From: Deinococcota bacterium
GTDB taxonomy: Bacteria; Deinococcota; Deinococci; Deinococcales; Thermaceae
DNA length: 13,695 bases
Reading direction: 5' to 3'
Assembly (NCBI GenBank): GCA_041695225.1
Contig: JBGFRI010000026.1
Span: 1-13,695, forward strand
The position numbers were made by a program, and so were the translations under genes. Each line of letters begins with the position of its first letter. Position 1 is the first letter of the stretch. Shown in pieces: positions 7,329 through 13,695 of this stretch. Below the pieces are notes generated by a model. The model made no database searches and was not told the DNA's origin. It saw only the letters and a list, made by a program, of their open reading frames with translations.

Positions 7329-7988
7329 CTAGGGGTTGGGAACTGTGGGCCGGTCCGGCCACGCGCAGATACACACACGGTTGCCTGCTCGGTCAGAGAG
7401 CGTCCAGTGCGATGGTGCATTCGAGTCGTCGACGATCTGACCTCCAGCAGCAATGGCAGCCTCGAGGCGTGCCTTGACCTTCTCGCCTGCGACCGAGACG
7501 TCGATGTGCATCGCGTGACGTAACGGCTTGTCCTGGTTGAGCTCCTGCATCCAGACCGTAGATCCGTGCCCAAGGGGGTCAACGGCATTGTCGCTGGCCA
7601 TCGGCACATAGCCGAGCACGGCCCGCCAGAAACCGAGGTCAATCGCTTCTCGTTTCGCCGCGATGGCTAGCTGTACTTCCTGAACGGCGGCGCGGTCGGC
7701 AACCGCACCATATTCCCGCGCCACAGCCGAGACAGCCCGCGCCAGCTGGATGTGGTGCACCTCGAGACTCCAGATGTCGCGGGTCAGCCGGACGGTCAGA
7801 CGAGTATCGGCCAGGGTCATCAGCACCCCCGCGCCCCCGATGCCCGGTGCACTCGCAATCGCCCCGGCCAGGCGCGCCGCCTGGTTGAGCGATTCGACGC
7901 GGAAGACGGCCGTCGCGCCGCCGTGCAACACCACCCAGTCCCCCACACCCTCGGCGCCGAGGAAGCTATGCCAGCCCCGCTCACTCAT
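7329..7988 (-). CDS. Pterin-4a-carbinolamine dehydratase-like N-domain fused to a VOC/glyoxalase-like C-domain
   Basis: N-terminal DW.VL..GA.A.FR..S and C-terminal FWRAVLGY, DP.G.G..VW.Q, H.MHIDV and W.TLSDRAGNRVCI. RBS GGAGG upstream and TATAAT at 8037-8042 on the minus strand. Confidence 0.75.
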   Translation of the reverse strand: MSERGWHSFLGAEGVGDWVVLHGGATAVFRVESLNQAARLAGAIASAPGIGGAGVLMTLADTRLTVRLTRDIWSLEVHHIQLARAVSAVAREYGAVADRAAVQEVQLAIAAKREAIDLGFWRAVLGYVPMASDNAVDPLGHGSTVWMQELNQDKPLRHAMHIDVSVAGEKVKARLEAAIAAGGQIVDDSNAPSHWTLSDRAGNRVCICAWPDRPTVPNP

Positions 7989-8073
7989 GCTCGCCCTCCG
8001 GTCCTGCCCCAGGTTCCCTCAGACGCAGAACCAGCAATTATACCGCCGGTGCGGTCCAGCGTAGACTGTTGCC

Positions 8074-8793
8074 ATGCTGATTTACGGACGCAACCCAGTG
8101 TTGGAGGCCATACGCGAGGGCCGGGTGGGGCAGGTCTGGGTAGCGAAGGGGGTGGAGAGCTGGCTTTTGAAAGAACTAGACAGACTGAAGGCGCCATACA
8201 GGCTGGTACCGCGCATCGAGCTTGATCAGATGATCCGTACCACCGGGCATCAGGGGTTGGTAGCCGAGATTGAAGAGACAGCTTATTCCCAGCCAGACGC
8301 CCCTTTTCGCCTGGCCAGGCAACGCGGCGAGCAGCTTACTCTGGTGGTGCTAGACGGCGTGACCGACCCGCGCAACTATGGGGCCATCGTCCGTAGCGCG
8401 TTTGCGCTGGGAGCGCACGGGGTAGTCACCGAAGAACGCCGCAGTGCGCCCCTCTCGGCCCTGGTGCTGAAGGCCTCGGCAGGCACGGCTAGCAAGATTC
8501 CACTGGTTCAGGTAAAGAACCTTGCAAGATACCTCGAGCAGATCAAGCAGGAGGGGGTCTGGGTCTATGGCGCCAGCGGAAAAGCCACCAAGACCCTGGA
8601 GCAACTCGACTACCAGCGCCCCCTGGCATTGGTGATCGGTTCGGAGGGCGAGGGAATGCGCCGCCTGGTGGCGGAGCGCTGCGATGAACTTGCCAGAATT
8701 CCTTTAACAGAGGGCGCCGAGAGCCTCAATGCAGCGGTGGCGTTGGGAGTGATCTTGTACCAGGTCAGAATCTCGCGCGGCAGCGAGGCTTAG
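8074..8793 (+). CDS. rlmB: 23S rRNA (guanosine-2'-O)-methyltransferase RlmB, TrmH/SpoU family
   Basis: IYGRNPVLEA, HQGLVA, LDGVTDPRNYGAIVRSA, IGSEGEG and ESLNAAVA. TAGACT lies 6 nt before the ATG. Confidence 0.9.
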   Translation: MLIYGRNPVLEAIREGRVGQVWVAKGVESWLLKELDRLKAPYRLVPRIELDQMIRTTGHQGLVAEIEETAYSQPDAPFRLARQRGEQLTLVVLDGVTDPRNYGAIVRSAFALGAHGVVTEERRSAPLSALVLKASAGTASKIPLVQVKNLARYLEQIKQEGVWVYGASGKATKTLEQLDYQRPLALVIGSEGEGMRRLVAERCDELARIPLTEGAESLNAAVALGVILYQVRISRGSEA

Positions 8794-9126
8794 TTCCAGC
8801 CTAAGTTCTTGTTGAAATTTCTATAACGGACTACAAGTGCTTGCTGTATGCCCGCTAGAGCCGGACTCCGATCCACAGGAGCGTGGCAGGAACAAAGCCC
8901 ACGAGGTGTTGCGACCTTTGCTGGTTTTTGGCCCCTGGTAAAGCTAGTTGAGGCGTTATCGCAACCAAGTCAAAATTTTCCAGCAGCGTTAAACAGCCAG
9001 ACCGTTGGGCAGTATCGTTTTGATTGATGGTGAAAGTCTGGCCGTAACATGATTGAGTTCAAAGCTGGCGTGTTGGTGTCGGCGCGTAAGTAGGGTAAGC
9101 GTGTGGATTGGGATTTTTGAGCAGGG

Positions 9127-10188
9127 CTAGCGACGGTATCGCGCCACGTCGCGCAGATGCCCCTGAAAGTCGGTGTTGAGGAACAGCCGCCCTTGCGCGT
9201 GCAGGAAAAATAGGTAGTTCTGGCCCTGGGCGTTGGTTCGAACGGGGTTGAGCACGGCCCGCAGGGCTTCTGTACCGGGGTTGCCGATGGCCCCAGGGGG
9301 CAGGCCGCGCCGGGTGTAGGTGTTGTAAGGGGTATCTATTTCAAAGTCACCTGCGCCCCGGTCTAGCTCGGGCATACGCTTGCCCAGGCCATAGGCCACG
9401 GTGGGGTCGGCCTGGAGGGGCATGTTGATATCCAGGCGGTTCAGAAAAACCCCTGCAATTACCGGCTTTTCGGAGGGACCAGCGGCCTCTGCTTGTACGA
9501 TGGAGGCCAGTGTTATCCAGTCGTGTACGCTGGCGAGCCCGAGCTGCGTAAGGCGCTCCCGGACCTCTGGCGTGAACTCCTGTTCCATGCGGCGGGTCAT
9601 GGCCCGGATCACATCTTCGGCGGTGTAGTCAAGGGGGAAGTCGTAGGTTGCGGGGAAGAGGAAGCCCTCGAGGCTAGGGCCGCGGGCTTCGGCCGGGCGT
9701 AGTTCGGCAGGAGGAGTCTTGACTAGCTGAAGAAACCTGGGGCCATCCAGGTTGTTTTCAGACAGGCGCTGGGCCATATCCACCGCCCGCCAGCCCTCGG
9801 GAAAGGTGACGCGCACCATGAGAGGGCGGGACTCGTCGGTGATGGCCAGGGCAATGGCCCGGAGCCCCGCGCCCTGAAGCCTGTAGTAGCCGGCTTTGAG
9901 TTCTTTGTCATGGCCAGAGAAGCGTAGGTACAGCGCGAACATCGAGCCCGAGCGAACCAGGCCGGCCTGCTCGAGGATACGCCCCACCTCTGCGGCATTA
10001 CTGCCCCTGGGAATGCGAATTTCCGCGGTAGTTCCGGTCGGTCCCATCAGATAAAGGGCATAGCCCAGCACCACCGCCACCAGCAAGAACATGAAGATTA
10101 CTCCCCGCAGAATCCAGCGGGTGGGCGACTTACCGGTTTCTTTGGGGTCGTCCAGATGAGCAGACTCGGGTTTGTTGGAATCATCCAT
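9127..10188 (-). CDS. mltG: Endolytic transglycosylase MltG (YceG family)
   Basis: N-terminal TM helix, LEGFLFPATY, LASIVQAEA, LQADPTVAY and PYNTY..GLPPGAI.NPG. Start moved to ATG 10188 (GGAG upstream), which removes the overlap with ruvX. Confidence 0.92.
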   Translation of the reverse strand: MDDSNKPESAHLDDPKETGKSPTRWILRGVIFMFLLVAVVLGYALYLMGPTGTTAEIRIPRGSNAAEVGRILEQAGLVRSGSMFALYLRFSGHDKELKAGYYRLQGAGLRAIALAITDESRPLMVRVTFPEGWRAVDMAQRLSENNLDGPRFLQLVKTPPAELRPAEARGPSLEGFLFPATYDFPLDYTAEDVIRAMTRRMEQEFTPEVRERLTQLGLASVHDWITLASIVQAEAAGPSEKPVIAGVFLNRLDINMPLQADPTVAYGLGKRMPELDRGAGDFEIDTPYNTYTRRGLPPGAIGNPGTEALRAVLNPVRTNAQGQNYLFFLHAQGRLFLNTDFQGHLRDVARYRR

Positions 10189-10216
10189 TCTCGCGGGCTC
10201 CGTCAAATAAAAGTTG

Positions 10217-10621
10217 TTATAGGCCGGCCAGATAGCTTTCGAGCAGTGCAATTGCGGCGGCTTCGTCCAGCTTACCCTTGTCCTGCCGGATGCGCCTCGG
10301 GGCATTCAGCATACGGATCTGGCCCAGCTTGGTGGTAAAGCGCTCATCTAGCAGTTCGACCAGCATACCCCTCTGGCGCATGGCCTCGACCAGGGCCAGC
10401 ACCGGCTCGGCCTGTACACTGGGTCGGCCGTCGGTACGGAGGGGCAGCCCAACAATAAACCGCTCGGTGCGCTCGCGCCTGGCAAAGGCCGCCAGGGCCT
10501 CGAGGTCGGCTTCAAGGCCCGCCCGCACCAGATACCCCCTACCAAAAGCCCAGGGTGAGCCGGTCTCACCCACTGCCAGACCAATGCGGGCCTCACCCAC
10601 GTCCAGCGCCCCTACTCGCAT
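10217..10621 (-). CDS. ruvX: RuvX/YqgF family nuclease (pre-16S rRNA processing / putative Holliday junction resolvase)
   Basis: [29 protein letters not shown] and LDEAAA..LLESYL. Start moved to ATG 10621. Confidence 0.92.
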   Translation of the reverse strand: MRVGALDVGEARIGLAVGETGSPWAFGRGYLVRAGLEADLEALAAFARRERTERFIVGLPLRTDGRPSVQAEPVLALVEAMRQRGMLVELLDERFTTKLGQIRMLNAPRRIRQDKGKLDEAAAIALLESYLAGL

Positions 10622-10661
10622 GTGTTCCATTATGGTTGGCGAAAATGAGGATCCAGTGCAT

Positions 10662-13313
10662 TCACCCAAGCGCTTCTTCCAGCGATGCCATAGCCTTGTC
10701 CAGGTCAAAGCCGCCGCCCTGGGCCAGGGTACCCCTGCCACCGCCGCGCCCACCCGCGACCGCCGATACTTTCTTCATCACCCGGCCCGCATCCAGCCCC
10801 TTGCCCTGGGCTGACCGGCCGACTTTGATCACCAGGCTCTGGCCCGACCCCACCGCTACCAGGTCGGCCTTGTGCTTCTCCATTAGCTCATCCGCTGCAC
10901 CACGCAAGGCCTCGGCCTCTAAGCCCTCGAGCTTGACCGCAAGGTACTGGTAGCCGCCCGCCTGTTTGAGCATAACCCCGGTGCTGCCAGCCCCTAGCTG
11001 GGCCCGTGCCAGCTCCATCCTGAGCCTCTCGAGCTCCTTCTCGCGGTTCCGTAGCTCGTCTTGTAGCTTACTTACCCGCTCAGGCAGGGCTTCGGGTGAG
11101 GCGCCAAGCTCGCGGGCCACGCGGCTAATGTACTCGAGGGAGTCACGTATAAACGCAGTAGCCCCGGTTCCGGTAAGAGCCTCGAGGCGCCGCACCCCTG
11201 CGGCCACCGACTCCTCCGAGACAATCACAAAAGTACCAATCTCGCCAGTGCGCCGCACATGGCATCCTCCGCAGAGTTCTTTGGAGGCCAGGTTGTCTAT
11301 CTGTCCCTCCACGCTTACCACCCGCACCAACTCGCCGTACTTCTCACCAAATAGCGCTACCGCACCCTCTTTGCGGGCTTCGCCAATGGGCTTGTAGGCA
11401 TAACTGACCGGGAAGTCGGCCTGAACCCAGCGGTTGACCAGCATCTCTACTCTGGCCAGGTCTTTGGGTGAAATGGGCTCGAACTGGCTGAAGTCGAAGC
11501 GTAGCCGGTCTGGCCCCACATAGCTGCCTTTCTGTTGAGCCTGGGGGCCTAGCACCGCCCGTAACGCTGCGTGCAGCAGGTGGGTGGCGGTGTGGTTTTT
11601 TTCCGTATCGCGCCTACGAATGTCCACCAGGGCCCGCACTACCGTACCCGACTTAAGGGTGCCCTCTTCTACGCGGGCCATGTGCAGGAAGATCCCATCG
11701 GGGGTTTTCAGCGTTGCCCCGACCTTGGCCCAGCCACCCCCCCACTCCAGAATGCCCACATCACCAACCTGCCCACCACCCTCCGCATAGAAAGGGGTCT
11801 TGTCCAGCACCACCTGCACCTCGGTTCTGGAGGGCGCCTCCTGGAGGGTCTGCTCGCCTACCAGCAGCAGCTTGACCTGGGCCTGGGCCTCCAGGTCTTC
11901 GAAACCCACAAAACTGGTGCCGCCATAATCGGTAGCCAGCGCCAGGAGGGCCTGATTGGACTTCTGGAACAGATCCTTATCAAAGGCCATGCTCTGGCGG
12001 GCTTTTTCCTGGGCCGCTTCCAGGGCTTTCTGATAGCCTTCGGTGTCTACCTTAATCCCACGTTCATCGGCAATTTCCAGGGTTAGGTCTAGCGGGAAGC
12101 CGTAGGTGTCGTAAAGGGTGAAGGCATCTTTGCCAGAAAGTGTACCGCCGTGCGGCAGACCTGCCAGCAGACCGTCCAGGCGCTTAATGCCCGACTCCAG
12201 CGTCCGCAAAAACTGCTCTTCTTCTACCCGCAGCTGCTTCTGGGTGCTCTCGAGGTTCGCTACAATCTCGGGGTAGACCTGACCCATTACCTGGGCCACA
12301 ATCTCGGCCAGCCGATACATGAAAGGCTCGCGCAGGCCCAGCAGGTAGCCAAACCGCACTGCCCGCCGCAGCAGGCGACGCACCACATAGCCCCGCCCGG
12401 TATTGGAAAAGCCGACCCCGTCAGAGAGGATAAAGGTGACGGCCCGGGCGTGTTCGGAGATCACCCGGTGGGCAACCGAGCTAAAGCCCTCGTAGCTGAC
12501 CCCGGTCAGTTCAACGATTTTTTCAATCAGTGGAACAAACTCATCGGTCTCGTAGAAGTCCCTCACACCCTGCAAGACCATGGCTACTCTGGCCAGCCCC
12601 ATCCCCGTGTCAATGTTGGGCTTGGGCAAAGGTTCCAGCACCCCGCCATCTTTACGGTCGTACTGGGGAAAGACCAGGTTCCATAGCTCCACAAAGCGGC
12701 TGCTCTCGCGGGTCTGGTAATAGTCAGCCCAGGTATCGCTGCCAAACTCCGGCCCTCGGTCGTAATAAATCTCGCTGCACGGTCCGCACGGCCCGTTGGG
12801 GCCTTTGGCCGGGGCGTTCTGCGGCCAGAAGTTCTCGTCGGCGTCGAAGCGGTGGATTTTTTCTGGGGGCACCCCCACCTGCACCCAGTGGAGAAAGGCT
12901 TCATCGTCGTCCTTATAGATGGTTACGTATATACGCTCACCGTCCAGGCCTAGCCAGTCTGGGGAGGTGAGGAACTCCCAGGCCCACTCGATGGCCTCCT
13001 TTTTGAAGTAGTCGCCAAAGCTAAAGTTGCCCAGCATCTCAAATACCGTCTGGTGACGGTTGGTGCGGCCCACGTTTTCAATGTCGCCGGTGCGCACCGA
13101 CTTCTGGCAGGTAGTAACGCGGTACCACTCCCCTTCATATCCGGCAAAAACCGGTTTCTTGCCGGTGAAGTAGGCTTTGAGTGGGGTCATACCGGCATTG
13201 ATGAAGAGCAGGGTGGGGTCGTCCTGCGGCACAACACTGAAGCTGGGCAGGCGCAGATGCCCTTTAGACTCGAAAAACTGTAGGAATTTCTCGCGGATTT
13301 CGGCGGTCTTCAT
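10662..13313 (-). CDS. alaS: Alanine--tRNA ligase
   Basis: [57 protein letters not shown], editing motifs HTATH and ELCGGCH, and C-terminal GGRGGGR. Confidence 0.98.
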   Translation of the reverse strand: MKTAEIREKFLQFFESKGHLRLPSFSVVPQDDPTLLFINAGMTPLKAYFTGKKPVFAGYEGEWYRVTTCQKSVRTGDIENVGRTNRHQTVFEMLGNFSFGDYFKKEAIEWAWEFLTSPDWLGLDGERIYVTIYKDDDEAFLHWVQVGVPPEKIHRFDADENFWPQNAPAKGPNGPCGPCSEIYYDRGPEFGSDTWADYYQTRESSRFVELWNLVFPQYDRKDGGVLEPLPKPNIDTGMGLARVAMVLQGVRDFYETDEFVPLIEKIVELTGVSYEGFSSVAHRVISEHARAVTFILSDGVGFSNTGRGYVVRRLLRRAVRFGYLLGLREPFMYRLAEIVAQVMGQVYPEIVANLESTQKQLRVEEEQFLRTLESGIKRLDGLLAGLPHGGTLSGKDAFTLYDTYGFPLDLTLEIADERGIKVDTEGYQKALEAAQEKARQSMAFDKDLFQKSNQALLALATDYGGTSFVGFEDLEAQAQVKLLLVGEQTLQEAPSRTEVQVVLDKTPFYAEGGGQVGDVGILEWGGGWAKVGATLKTPDGIFLHMARVEEGTLKSGTVVRALVDIRRRDTEKNHTATHLLHAALRAVLGPQAQQKGSYVGPDRLRFDFSQFEPISPKDLARVEMLVNRWVQADFPVSYAYKPIGEARKEGAVALFGEKYGELVRVVSVEGQIDNLASKELCGGCHVRRTGEIGTFVIVSEESVAAGVRRLEALTGTGATAFIRDSLEYISRVARELGASPEALPERVSKLQDELRNREKELERLRMELARAQLGAGSTGVMLKQAGGYQYLAVKLEGLEAEALRGAADELMEKHKADLVAVGSGQSLVIKVGRSAQGKGLDAGRVMKKVSAVAGGRGGGRGTLAQGGGFDLDKAMASLEEALG

Positions 13314-13333
13314 ACTCGGGCTCCGTATTGATG

Positions 13334-13362
13334 TGTTTACTCCTGGCTTTCAAACCTGTCAA
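13334..13362 (-). promoter_or_regulatory. Promoter of the alaS-ruvX-mltG operon
   Basis: The minus strand reads TTGACA, 17 nt, TAAACA, and then GGAG before the ATG at 13313. Confidence 0.65.
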
Positions 13363-13468
13363 GCATACAAAAAAAGTCCTTGCCAGGCAGGCTCTAACCA
13401 ACGTTTTCGCGGGATGAGGTGAAACGAGACTTTGCAGAGCTGCCAAAGACCCTAACCCTCTATTCAAG

Positions 13469-13495
13469 AAAAAAGCGCCCTTTGAGGCGCTTTTG
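13469..13495 (-). terminator. Intrinsic terminator downstream of the 16S rRNA gene
   Basis: The minus strand reads CAAAAGCGCC-TCAAAG-GGCGCTTTTTT. The A/T tails on both sides make it potentially bidirectional. Confidence 0.8.
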
Positions 13496-13579
13496 TCAGA
13501 TGCAGTGAGTATCTTGAGCAAAGAAAGATCAGCCGAGTTCTTTGAGTCTGGCCCATGTAGAGCCAGACTGAAAGCTCCT

Positions 13580-13695
<116 letters not shown>

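Noticed and set aside
10189..10753. Extended N-termini of mltG (10305) and ruvX (10753) from the ORF track
   Set aside because: They overlap upstream genes. Downstream ATGs at 10188 and 10621 match family N-termini and initiation signals.
4048..13283. Numerous 60-206 aa alternative-frame and antisense ORFs within the core genes
   Set aside because: Expected in high-GC coding DNA, and they overlap well-supported genes.
10189..13327. Shared ACGGAGCCCG upstream of the alaS and mltG start codons
   Set aside because: The 10-mer includes the SD GGAG and occurs only twice, so it cannot be distinguished from chance.
13314..13468. T-box riboswitch upstream of alaS
   Set aside because: No UGGNACC T-box motif, and the predicted promoter lies only ~20 nt from the ATG, leaving no room for a leader.

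Overview
The window looks like a Deinococcota (Meiothermus/Thermaceae-like) chromosome segment. This assignment is inferred from the housekeeping proteins, the 16S 3' end and the leaderless TANNNT promoters. It has two parts. (1) Positions ~1-2850 form a visibly lower-GC accessory island. It contains a probable IS3-type terminal repeat cutting into a frameshifted DUF5615/PIN toxin pseudogene, an antitoxin + RelE/ParE/HigB-like toxin pair, a small membrane protein, a decayed stretch, and a membrane-anchored gene split at a G10/C10 tract. The TA pair is bounded by exactly complementary GTTAGCC...GGCTAAC core sites and followed by a degenerate attC-like hairpin, so the left end reads as a decaying integron gene-cassette array with no integrase in view. 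(2) Positions ~2850-13695 are mostly core genes: mqnP/UbiA-family prenyltransferase, sulfurtransferase, YhdH/AcuI oxidoreductase, PlsC-like acyltransferase, HU, a PCD/VOC-like gene, rlmB, mltG, ruvX and alaS. The window ends in the 3' end of a 16S rRNA gene that is followed by a terminator rather than tRNA/23S. Other signals are a phased 7-bp periodic intergenic tract and roughly 5-fold enrichment of CTCGAG outside the island.
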